A stretch of DNA of 62,626 bases, counting the filler, from Bipalium vagum (lineage: Eukaryota), in NCBI GenBank assembly GCA_037834085.1. It is 3 parts of 3 records of this genome, joined end to end, with 100 filler letters (N's around TTAATTAATTAA, not from the genome) between each part and the next. Parts side by side here need not be neighbours in the genome. Positions count along the whole stretch, not along the records: positions 1 to 15,945 come from JBBMKC010136747.1; positions 16,046 to 44,450 come from JBBMKC010052511.1; 1 more part is not named here. One strand, given 5' to 3'. Both the position numbers and the translations under genes were made by a program. This document shows positions 12,640 to 24,379 of the stretch, piece after piece. A model generated the notes under the pieces. The model searched no databases, was not told the origin of the DNA, and saw nothing but the letters and a program-made list of their open reading frames with translations. Each line of letters starts with the position of its first letter. The stretch's first letter is position 1.

Positions 12640-14330
12640 CAGTGGTCTACAAGATGGGAATTTTAAATTTTTCTTTGAGCTATTTCTATTAATTTTATAC
12701 ACATCCTAATTGGTTCAATTTGAATTGATAATTTCATACAACAGGTAACAGTGCATTTAAAAGGTCTAATCTGAATGGTTTAAAAATTTCTTGTAAGTTA
12801 ACATGTTCAAATGGCTTGTCAGAAAAGGCTTTGCTTTTGTTAGACAACGCATGAGCCACTGTTCAAATCTCTCATATGTTGAACATCACTTTTTACCAAA
12901 AAAATTCTACTGGAATATGACAATCGATAGATGCCGGTATAGGTAATGCTTTCAATACCAAATACCGAAAGCGAGTTTTATGAAACTTATTTCAAAACCA
13001 GAAAATAATATCCCTATAATTGCAGACAAAATTATTAATCTTTCTGAAGAATTTTTTGGGTTAGCCAAGGACACATCTCTGTACACCCTTGTAAAAGCAT
13101 GTTAGAGATCGCAATAGGATCTAGATTAGTTATATTATATTATAAATTAATTATTAAGACCGCAAAAGAGTCAGAATAAAAATAATAATCAATTAAAAAG
13201 TACATCAAAACAAAAAGGGGCAATTAATTATTATTTTCAATGGATCTAATCTTGACAATGGCGAACATAAATTGCCAAGATTAGATCAGGGTCCTCAAGG
13301 AGGGACCGATTTAGAATTATCGGTCTAAAAAGGGAATTGACATTCCCCATTAATCAAGCTGATCTACGACTGATTAGTCGTCTGATCAGAATGGTATATA
13401 AGGAAATGGTCCGCAGTGGATTGCCAGAAAATTTCAGAGAAATTTGCGTCAGAAGCCACGACTTTTTCTTGCAGTTAGTAATCATTCTTCATGCTCCCTC
13501 TGCGACAGGAGCTCAAGTCTGGTTCTGTGCTGTTAGGGGTTTTTTAAGCGAACCGGATTGGGGTCAGCAAACCACCTTTTGGACCTGTCGTCATCACAAT
13601 TGTCGTGAGTATCTTCACTTTCTTTTCTTTATTTTTTTAATTAATTAACATTTAATTATTTGATTTTTATTATTTAATTGATTATTACTATTTGATTTTT
13701 AGTCTGAAAACATTCGATTGCAGACATTTTAGTGATTATTTGAGAAATTTTGTGATTTTTTGTTATTGTTATTTCAGCAATAAAGTTGTCTTGATTCATT
13801 CATTTGCGTACACGTATTGACAAAAGTGAAGGGGTCAGTAAACTTTGCGAGCTAAGTGTTACGACAGTGTTCATAGTGAAATAATATCGTAACACATTTA
13901 TATTAGAGTGTATTTGTAACTGTTGGAAGCATATAAAATTATAACTGATAACAGTGAAACTCGACATTTTTTGTTGCTTTTGGAAAAAAACATCAGCAAA
14001 TAGAATATTAAGTATCCGCTCAAGAATATATTGATTTTGACTCTAATATAGGAACTACTGAATACTTAGTAATTTCACTGGTTATGGAAAATAATAATTG
14101 GTTATCTGATTCCGAAAAGAGCAGCAAAGAAATGACTATTGTTCATCAAAATGTTTGTCCAAAAGTAAGATAGTTAAGTGAAGCTTTGAATACTATTTCT
14201 AAAATTTTCTAATGTTTTCACTAAAGCCGAATCTAAAAATATCAACTAATTTGTTTGTCTTTTCAAGGCAGCATTTAGAGTTCAATGAAAAAAAAATCAA
14301 CCAATAATAACAGATTTTTTAATAAATAAA
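12640..14330 (+). mobile_element. pogo/Tigger (DDE_1) transposase relic, interrupted by an LTR-like element
   Basis: RKALLLLDNA*, FLPKNSTGI*QSIDAGIGNAFNTKYRKR before 13100, and ICNCWKH resuming after 13894. Outer boundaries are approximate. Confidence 0.7.
13100..13894 (+). mobile_element. solo-LTR-like element, copy A
   Basis: TGTTA...TAACA ends, hairpin block 13243-13389, TATATAA 13395, GTGAGT donor-like site 13605 and AATAAA 13779. A ~190-bp block is shared with 32541-32725. No clear 4-6 bp TSD. Confidence 0.65.
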
Positions 14331-14759
14331 AATTTATTTCTAGTTCCAATTAAATCTAGTTAAAATAATGCCATCACACATTCCTTATAATATCGAAGTG
14401 ACTTGAATATTTTCTATTTTGCTCATGAAGTCTTTTCAATATTGCGCTTTCTATAATGCATTTCTCTTATATTTAAATTCATATAATAGACATTGATTTT
14501 CGGCCGTTCTCATTTTCTCTTATCCAGAGTTTTATATTATTAAAATAAAGTTTTATTTCAATAGATGCTTACCAATCCTAATATTATAAATCAAAATACT
14601 AATTGAAATCTTATACTTTTGCTTTAAAGTTTGTTTAGAGAAAAGTGACCATACTTTTCTATCAACCCGATATAAAAAAAATTTCCATCTATTAAAAATA
14701 TAAATTTACGTTTCTATGTACAAATTGGTAGTAATATGCATTGTAAATAAAGGAAATAT

Positions 14760-15540
14760 TAATACTTTTGAGACATTTTCATCAGTTAGGAAGAGTCAGT
14801 AGAAGTTCTGGAAGTTCCTCATGAACTGACTCCAGAAATGACAAAAACAAGAGTTTCAATTTGTAAAAAATTGATGGAAAATCCACATGATCTTCGTTTT
14901 TAAGGCGAATTATCAGTGAGGAATAGAGATGATTTTATTATCGGTATTCTGATAATAAAAATCAGTGGGTGGATAAATGTGATCCAGCTCCTGTGGTCGT
15001 TAGAAGAGAGCGGTATGAAAAAAAAGTCCTTACTTTTTTGATGGTGGAATATTGATGGCATAATCAATTTTGAAGTGATTACTGATGGACAGACCATGAA
15101 CGCTGAAAGTATTGGAAACAGCTTCAACAACTTCATGATATTCGTCAATGGCAAGCGAGTAATTATACAACAGGATAACGAAAAACCGCATAAAGCAAAA
15201 CGAACGCGCGAAAAAATAAGACTTGGAGGTTGAACTTCTTCCTCTCTCCAGCATATAGCGCGGATCTTGCTCCATTCGATTATTACCTATTCAGGTCATT
15301 GTCTCACTTCTTACGCGGTAGGCGCTTTGAAAATGATGATGAACTTAGAAGTGATTGCCAAGAGTTCTTTGATTCTAAAGAACTTACTTGGTATCGGAAA
15401 GTCATAGAAATGTTGGCAGAATGATATATAAAGACCATAGAGTATGAAGAAACGTACTTAGATGAATAAAATATTTTAAATTTTTTATTATTTATACAAT
15501 TAATATATTAAAAAACGAACTTTTTTCCTAGACACCATAA
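14760..15540 (+). mobile_element. mariner transposase relic
   Basis: VPHELTPE, KVLLF*WWNIDGII, LLPLPAYSADLAPFDYYLFRSLSHFLRGRRFENDDELRSDCQEFFDSK. Confidence 0.9.
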
Positions 15541-15945
15541 TGCAACAGTAAAACATTTTGATAATTTATTTTGTACAATAAATGATTAGATTTTAAATAC
15601 GTACATCTTGAAACTCAACTTTATAATGAAAAGTTTTGAAAACATTCAAATTTTTAACTTTTATGTAGATTTGTGGAGACTACGAGGATCAGAGCCGACA
15701 GTGACAATCACAACATCACCAAGCACAGTCTCAACCAATCCCGACAACCAACAGTTATCATAAACTATTCCTTTATTGTGTTTAACAATTCTCTTTTATT
15801 GTGTCTGAAAATTCTCCTCTATGATATTGTGAAATTTTAATTGTTTTATTGTGTTTTTATTTAAAAAGAGAAAAATATATGTATATATCTATTAAATGTA
15901 TTTTGAAATAATGTAAACCAATTTTGACCGAAATGAAGTGAGAAA

Positions 15946-16045
15946 NNNNNNNNNNNNNNNNNNNNNNNNNNNNNNNNNNNNNNNNNNNNTTAATTAATTA
16001 ANNNNNNNNNNNNNNNNNNNNNNNNNNNNNNNNNNNNNNNNNNNN
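15946..16045. other. assembly gap with six-frame-stop linker (44 N + TTAATTAATTAA + 44 N)
   Basis: Exactly 100 nt. The same structure occurs at 44451-44550. Confidence 0.95.
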
Positions 16046-16397
16046 GTGGAAATAATAAATAATAATTTTGATATTTCGTGGAGAGAAAAAAATTTGAAAA
16101 TTGATAAATTTTCTCTCGATATCCACGATTGTTTATCCACACAGAATGCCTCGCCTGTGCCATTAGACAGCGAACAACTTGCTCTCCAGTATTTTCTTTT
16201 TACGCTAAAGCAAACTTCTCCTGCTCTCTTTTTCATTTATTCATATAGTAACAATTGAACTAACATTTTCGCTCGGCCAATATTTATTATTTATTTTTTA
16301 TAATTTTTATATTAATCATTATTTATAATGTTTATAATATAAATTCATTTTTCCACAAATTTAGCTTCGCCTGTCAATACAAAAATGTGTTTCCATT

Positions 16398-17951
16398 AGG
16401 GTGTCCCAAAATAATTTCGTTTTTTTAATAAAAAGAAATCAAATTATCAAAACTTGTTAAATACACGTCAAATATCAAAGTATAGACACCATTGTGTTCG
16501 ATGGTCTTCAGCCATCTTTAGATAGTTCTTGAATTCCACTAAGATGTCATTGTTTCGATTTGTAAGAGAAGAACTCCAAGCAGGAAATTTCCACATTGTT
16601 AACATTACTAAAATCGACCACAGTAGGCGCCAAGCTGGATGTGATAAAACGCACACATGACCTTTTTTCATATCGTTGCTCTTTAAATACAGGAAATGCT
16701 GTTTGCCCAATGTTTTACCATGCTGGTTGTATTTACACATTATTAGTTCATTTATCTGTGCCTAGTTAATTTTTTAAAAATTTTAGAATGTCAGAAGAAA
16801 AATTTATAATACGAGGCAACATAAATTGCTTAGAGAAATTTACAAATTTGGTCTAGATGCTGATCGTTCATAACGACACATCAATAAAGCCTTTGGAAAG
16901 GATATCATTTTTTTCGGTCACATAATAGGTTTAGGAAGTTTAGTAGTGGTAATTTTGACATCAAAAATCAGCCAATAGATGGTCCTCCGACATTCATTGA
17001 GTGTCTGTATCGAACCGGATCCACATAATAACATCAAGTGACCTTTTTAAAATCAATGTGTCAGTCATACACTTGCTTACGTTATGTGAAGGAAGGTCAA
17101 AAATTTGACATTCCGATCCGACACCAACTGACAGACTTTGACCGTCAATGCCGCATGGATGCATGGCATTACTATGGAAAAACTGTGGTTATGATTAGAT
17201 TGACAAAGTGGTCAGCACAGATGAAAAATTGTGTATGGTACTCAGAAGAAACTTGGTAGACAATCAGATAAAATAATGGTTTGTGTTTTGTGGGATCAAA
17301 GCGCAATCACAATATCAATTCTGAATCAAAAATACTGAAAGCCTAAGATAAAAAGGGTACAAATACACATCCACCCCGAAAGAGGTTCGTTTATAATAAA
17401 TAAAATTTTGCTTATTACTGCCAATAAATGCAGCGAGTGACAGTTGTAACTGCCAAAAAATGATCAAAATTCACCAATGCTATTTTTCGTCATGACAATG
17501 CCTCACCTCAATTTACTAACACTAGTCGTAAAAACTTTTGTATTTGACATGGGAAGTTCTCGCACAATCTTATTCTCTTGATCTGGCAGCGACAGATTAC
17601 CATCTATTTCGGACCTTGCAGAACTACTTGAATATAAAAACAATCGCAAACGTTTTGAAAGTTTTATTTGGTGACTTTTTGGCAGTAAGTCTTTTATAAT
17701 CAAGACACCAATGATCTACTCCTTCATTGGAATTATGTACCTCAAAACTATTGTGATTACATTAATAATTGAAGCACGACATTTTCCTACATTGCTTCAA
17801 TATATTTTGTTATCAATAAAATTGAGCGATTACTTTGTTTCCAACCCAATATCAAACAGCCTGCGTCTGTATAAATAACATATTTATTGTCCTGTTGGAT
17901 ATTTTGAATATTTCATATTTATAAGAATGTGTTGATTTTTTGAGACACCCT
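16398..17951. mobile_element. Tc1/mariner-type TIR element containing a nested degenerate mariner (~16780-17850, +)
   Basis: Outer TIRs AGGGTGTCCCAAAA/TTTGAGACACCCT. The inner relic has MSEEKFIIR, IFRHDNASP, and the mariner-type right end TACTTTGTTTCCAACCCAATA. Confidence 0.65.
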
Positions 17952-19889
17952 TTATTTTTAATCAGGGCTTAATACAATTTTATTGGTCAAAAAACATTTT
18001 ATTGGTCAAAATAAAAAATAATAATAATATTATTATTGAATATTATTAATAAAACCTGTTGCATTTTAACATTTATTTCCACATTTTAAATAAATATAAT
18101 ATTTCGTGGAGAACGATGCATCTGCAGATATTTCCAGGCTCAGATGTACAATTAATTATTCAAATTAATTCCATCTTTAGAGACATTTATAATTTTAATT
18201 TAATGGTTTATTAAAAATAAAAATTGAAATATTCAAGAATATTTATTTCCTTTGAGAGAAATAACTTTGAAAATCAATTGAGAAGAAAGGCAAGGAAATT
18301 ATTGTCTTTGATAAATTTCTATGGATATGGTTTTTTTATTTTATTTTTCTGAAAAATAAATTCCCAAATATAATTAATTAAGTATTTTATGGCTGGCCAT
18401 TTAATTGATAAATTACAACTTCGTTGCCTCTGAATAATCGACTTTCCCAAAATGGTCTTTCAATTTGAAATTAATTAATTTATTAATGACTTTGACAATG
18501 AAATAATTTAATTTATATTTTCAACTTGTTTTGATTGTTTCGAAAATATTTTTTGAGATTTATCTTTTATATTGTTAAAAATGATATACGGTAAAGCTTA
18601 AGTTTGAAAATTGTGAAATTATTCACTAAAAAGATATTGGTTAAATTTTTATATTTTTTAATTATTTAATTATTACTATACTTCTATTTACGTGCTGCAC
18701 CCAATAAGTTGTGAGACTGACATAGAAAGATGTAAAGAAAATATCTTTAATTATGCATATGAATCGATATATATTGATGGATCAATAAAATAATCTTTGT
18801 TTTAATAATTTATGCATTGATTTTAATTTAGTGACAACAATCCAAAAATGTCTTTACGAAAAGTATTATTATTTACTATTGTTGTATGTTGATTTATATT
18901 TGTTCCTAAAAACTTAAATAGATTTTTTATATTACTTGATACAAAACTCAATTTATAAACTTGTAATTTTTTAAACCGTAATATTTTAGTGATTTCCAAT
19001 TTATAATTTATTTTCATTAGCCTAGAATAAAAATTTTCTTAATAAATTCTAAAAATTTAATTAATTATACTTAGTAATAACCTTACCAATCTATGTCAGT
19101 ATAGATGACGTAATAGTGCGTTTGTTTAAATTTAATAAAAATGGGATGTATTCTTCTTCATTACATATTATATTGCTTATTTCACTTAGAGGAGGACTGA
19201 TCGATACATTTATTACTAAATTTTGATTTTAAGAAATCATTTCCAGTTTTAATTATTGTTATTCTACTATGTTTAAAATAAAAAATATTTTTTAATAATA
19301 AATAAAACATTTTGTTTATAAGTTGATTAAATTGAAAAGTTTAAACAAATACACTAATTCAAATTTTTTCCGAAATACAAATGTATATCCGCAATTTTTA
19401 AATATGGAAAAAAATCTGATAAAATATATTAAATTTTTTTGTTCTCTTTACCTTATACTTTTTTTAAAAGGCCTCAATATTTTGAAACAAATATTGTTTA
19501 ACATTTAAAAGTGACTCTGTAAAAGTTTGGTCGCATTGATGTTTGATAGTTATTCCTGAATAATCTTAATGCACAGGCTGTTAACGTATGTTGTTATTTA
19601 CTGAGAAGACCATTCATGTAATTCTGGCACGTACCGCTACTAAAACAATTGAGTTTTCGAAGTTCCAAATAAAAAATAATAAATTACTTGGAAGGTTTGA
19701 CATGGAACATAATTTTATTTATACATATAATGAATGAGTTACTGCATTCATATTTGACATCTTAAGAAAAAAGGGTATGGAAACTTAAAAATAAAAATAC
19801 GGAAAAATAAAGAATCGTGTTTTTTTTATTTTAAAAATTATAAAAAGATCCCACTGTGATCCTCATTAAATGTTTTTAATTAATGGTTG

Positions 19890-20006
19890 TTAGTTGAAAA
19901 TTAATCGGAGATAGCGGGATTCGAACCCGAGACCTTCACATGCGCATGGACTGCTCTGACCCCTGAGCTCCATCTCCCGACTAATTTTCAATTTATCTCT
20001 CAATGG
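19890..20006 (-). repeat. tRNA-Ala(CGC)-derived element, copy 2
   Basis: Minus strand GGAGATG-GA-GCTC-AGGGGTCA-GAGC-A-GTCCATGCGCATGTGA-AGGTC-TCGGGTTCGAATCCCGC-TATCTCC. Acceptor, D and T arms fold but the anticodon stem does not. Flanked by an inverted repeat. Confidence 0.75.
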
Positions 20007-20589
20007 TTAAGCTAAAAATTATAGAATTGAGATTTTCATTAAAGTTGTCCATAAACTCTCAAAATTTTGAAAATTATACTTATGTCCCCATTTAAGATTT
20101 AACATAAATAAACATTTGTTTTACTTAAGCAATTTTTCGTACAAATTCAAATTTGTTAAATTAAAAGAATTTTTACAATATTGATATTTTTTCTTAATAT
20201 TTTCGATAATTACATTTCTTCATGAAAAATCTGGCTCGAATATCATTATTGTACGAGTTCAAACTCGGTCTTTTGGCAGTTGAGACTATTTAAAATATTT
20301 AATGAAAGCGCCGCATATGAATGATTCAAGCACTCAAAGGTTTTGACAATACAAAATATAAACACCTTGGAATATGACCGGGAAAGATTCTGTGGAGATT
20401 TTATTTTTTGACAATTTTCTGTTGGATTCCAATTGGAAAATATTTTACAGGATAAATTTTAAATATTTTTCATAGAGTTTGTAAAACATTTAAAGAAGAT
20501 CATGAGAAATTACTTTCTCGGTTCAATGAATATTTAACGAATGAAAAACTCGCAAAAATTACTTGAAATACGTAACAAAATCTCATAAA

Positions 20590-23500
20590 TCTCACCCCTC
20601 TGAAGTTATATACGTGTTGTGAAATGACTTCTGCGGAATTATAAGTCTTCCGTTTTTGAACCAAAATATCTCCGGCTTCGGTCGTCCAGCAGCAGAACAT
20701 ATCAGTTCAAGGATGGCGCCTTCGTTGATCTCGACATTGCCATATCGAGGTATAGATTCACTTCTAATCAGAGCAGCTAGAATGTATATCATAAATTAAT
20801 GGTTTATTATTAAACATTTATGATTCGATCATTAACATTCTATTGTTTTCTAAGTGACCAAATGAAGAAGGTTCCACTTGAAATAAAAAAAGTTGGTTAT
20901 TGCAGCGTCAACATTTGCTATGTACCCTTTGAATGTAATAATACTAATCCTTTTTTAAAGAACACAGAGTGTGAAATAAATTTGATTTTTTACTCTAAGT
21001 CGTACAATAATAATAAACCGATTCTGGATGATCCACCACAAAATATAACATTACAAGAAAGATCCTAATAAGGTAATGCTTAGTGACCGTCACTAACCAA
21101 GTTAAATGGATCCTTGTGAGTTCCATTAAATCTTTCGTCTTGTAAAGAGAGGCCAAAAGATTCGGAAATTGGCTGGAAGTTGTTGCCAAATCCATCATCA
21201 AGTCATAATATAATATTGTCAGGCTCCTATTTATTTATTTATTTTTATTATATTTCAATATTGATAATTTGTCCTCCTTTAATATTCGACTTTTCACACT
21301 ATAACTGGATGGTAGTGTTAGGGGTATGCATGTTTCTCTCGCTCACATATTTATGATATTAGAAGTATTAAAGTATTATATACGTTTTATTTGGAAATAT
21401 CTTTGTTTAAGTAAGTCAATATTGATTATATTTATATGTATTGTTCTCATAGTTTATTTAAAATAACATATTTATTTACAGGAAATAATATGGAAATCGA
21501 TAAAATGCATATTCGCCACTGCATGCTGTTCTTCCTCCATCCAATGAAAACAGCTGCCGAAGCAACCAGATTACTTCACAAAACATATGTTGATGAAACA
21601 ATAGAGAAGAGTGAATACCCTTAATGGTGATAAGCGGTTATATGGATTTGATAGATAATGAGCGAGCTGGTCGACCACATGAATTAGATTCCGATAATTT
21701 GGAAGCGCTTTTGCAAGAAGATTGCACTTAATCGTGTGCAGAACTGGCGAGAAGATTGCATGTGAATCGGACTACCGTACTTCGGCGGTTGCATCAGTTG
21801 GGGAAAATTCTTAAAGAAGGAAAATGGATTCCTTATGAATAACATTTTATTCACTGTTACTGTGAAAATTAAATAGTTAATGGATTATTCTGCAGATCTG
21901 TTTTTTAGATAACCAGCCCTATACGAAAACACTGTCCATCCTTAAGGCAAAGGTGAAACAACTCTTACCGTCAATCTTTCGTCAATTGTATCTATCATAG
22001 ATTCTACCATTAATACCAATCATCCTTCATTCTCATCTCTCCTGGGAAAACAGCGGATATTTCGACAAAAACCCCAATCCAATTCGTGACGAACATTTCA
22101 CCGAAAACGTTTTAATGTATAAGATCACCTTCAACTTGGGTATACTTGAATCATTAGTAAAAACTCTTAAAGCTTAATAGATTTTCTTACACTTTAACCG
22201 ATTTTCCTTTTCACAAACGATGAGAGAGACCGATTATCTGAAACTGGAATAACAATTATTTTCAGAATTAGGACTATTTGACAAAAAGAATAATAGAATC
22301 GGAGAAAATTCCTGATTTTAAATGGCGAGTAATTTTATGGGAATTTTATGTCTTTCCCTTGACTCGTGGTCGTTCTCCTCGCTCTTGACATCGGGCTCAT
22401 GTCAATGGACTTTGTGAATCTCAGATTTTTAATGGTAATTTCCTAAATGGAGGCGAGCTTGTCGGTGACGGACCGGCCTAGTTTAGTGGACTCAACAAGC
22501 GATTTGTTCGCCCTGACATTGAGCTCTGTAACGATGTGGGAAATGATGGTCAAAGAAAATCCTTAGCTTTGAGATTCATTTCAAAATTCATTTGTTTTTT
22601 CGAAGTTTTCTTGACTTTTTTATAATGATTTTGTTAAAATAAAGTGCAAAAGAATCTTTAATTAATAAATAAAATCATTATTATTTTTTGGCGCCGTTTT
22701 TAACCTTGAAATAAAAAGGTTAAATAATTAATAAAAAATTTCTTTTGAAAATTTTCTTTCAAAAACTTTTTCTCACAAGCGAATTTTTTTAAACCAAAAC
22801 AAATTATGATGAAGTATAAAGAAGAAAAATCGGTCATTGACATTTTTGAAGGATAGTCATTTACCTCTTTTACAGGGGTCTCGGGTGTAGTGTATTGAAA
22901 GCCTTGCAAAATTCGAGAGGAATATTACCTTGCTTTGGAACCACGATATTTTATGGAGCCCAGAACTTTAATAAATATTCAATCATTCCTTAAATGGCTC
23001 CCATATTGTGGTACTACAATTAGGTCACACTTTGCTTGAGCTTTCAGATTTCTCCTCTTCTTTCTTTTTTTGATTATTTGTTTTAATCTGTTTGAATATT
23101 GATTAGATGAACAATAATTAGATTAAATTAGGGCCATAAAAACCGATCCATTAGTCCTTTTGAAGAATTATATAAGTGAAATTAATTGATCTTTTGTAAA
23201 AGAAAAAGTAAAGTAAGAAAAGATTAATTAAGATTATTACTGGGATTCTCAGTGTTGCTTTGAAAAGGTAAGGAAAGGTGAAAAAGACATTATACAGAAC
23301 CTTCCAGTTAACATCGACAAAGGAAGTCTGTCTTGGTCTGTATCATTTATGAAACAATGTTCAGCTTGACAGTATTGATCACTGTTCTATGGCCTCACCA
23401 CTCACATAATCAATATGGTCCAGGAAAGAATAAAAGCCCACCAAAAAATAAATAAAAATAAAATAAAACTTACAAATATTGGCATTGAATCTGGTGATTC

Positions 23501-24260
23501 TCAAATCGACAATGTTGGTCATGAAAAGAAATCTTTGGGAGATCTTTAGATTCGTTCAATTTATAATAAATGATTTTGCTAATAAAAATTGACAATTTTC
23601 CTCGAATCTCATTGGTGGAAAATTGGAAAAATGAACTGCTTCTCCTAAGCAATGTTCATTGTTCTCCTATTTACTCTTGAGAAGTTTCAAAAATCAATTT
23701 TCTTTTATAAGGCGTCCGATAAATATCGCTAAAAATAAAATAAATAAAAAATGTCCTACAAAATCTATAAAAAAAAAATTTCACTTTTGAGTTTTGGAGG
23801 AGATTTTAATTTTTGTTTATTATATAATTATATATAAATATATATACGCTGGGCACAGGGAGAATATCTCAAGTCTTAACGGGCCATCATCGATATTGAG
23901 ACAGGGATTTCAGATATGTTCTCCGTTGGAAAATATAACATAAAAAAGGACAGAAACTGGGCAATTAAATGTCCATAAAGGCCTTAATTATTTCATAACG
24001 ATTACAATTTCAAAGAGAGCTTGCCTTTTGGCACGGGATGAAATGAGACTGATTTTCAGTGACGTCCATCAATGAACCAGGTCAAACTGCTTTATGGAAG
24101 GCAATTTCTGAGGAGGTGGAACTGATAATCATAATAATGATAGTGATATCCATTCTTCTTTCCAAGAGTCTGTTTCAATGGAGAAAGACGTCCATGACGG
24201 ATCACTTGCACGACTAGTTCACTGGGGGAAATGTATTGGAAGCACTTTTGGAACTTGTAA
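20590..24260 (-). pseudogene. multi-exon extracellular protein gene (Ig I-set domain; possible sushi/EGF-like remnants), disrupted or unresolved
   Basis: Clear Ig exon ~20597-20776 (NVEINEGAILELICSAAGRPKPEIFWFKNG) with an AG acceptor and GTGAGA donor. Upstream exon-like blocks are separated by 26, 30 and 33 nt GT-AG introns. In-frame stops prevent a full model. Confidence 0.5.
21490..21842 (+). mobile_element. mariner 5' fragment
   Basis: MEIDKMHIRHCMLF..KTAAEATRLL, ERAGRPHELD, ELARRLHVNRTTVLRRLHQLGKILKEGKWIPYE. Confidence 0.85.
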
Positions 24261-24379
24261 AAGAGAAACTTTTTAAAGTATTTTTCCAAAATTATAAATT
24301 TTCCTTGTACTTTTATAAGGAGAACCATGATAGATTTATCTATAATGGCAATTTTTTTATTATTTAAGAGAAATTTATT

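Noticed and set aside
13360-13390. Hammerhead ribozyme (retrozyme) in the hairpin block
   Set aside because: The core reads CTGATTA rather than CTGANGA, and no correctly placed GAAA or cleavage triplet was found by eye.
13337-13648. 103-aa ORF inside the LTR-like element
   Set aside because: It starts at TTG, crosses the TATA box and is not conserved in copy B.
20995-24120. TGA reassignment (Trp/Cys) suggested by in-frame TGAs in exon-like blocks
   Set aside because: ACBD3, VPS26C and the nuclear receptor all end in TGA at the expected position, and ACBD3 and the receptor use TGG for Trp. TAA stops and frameshifts also occur in the relic.
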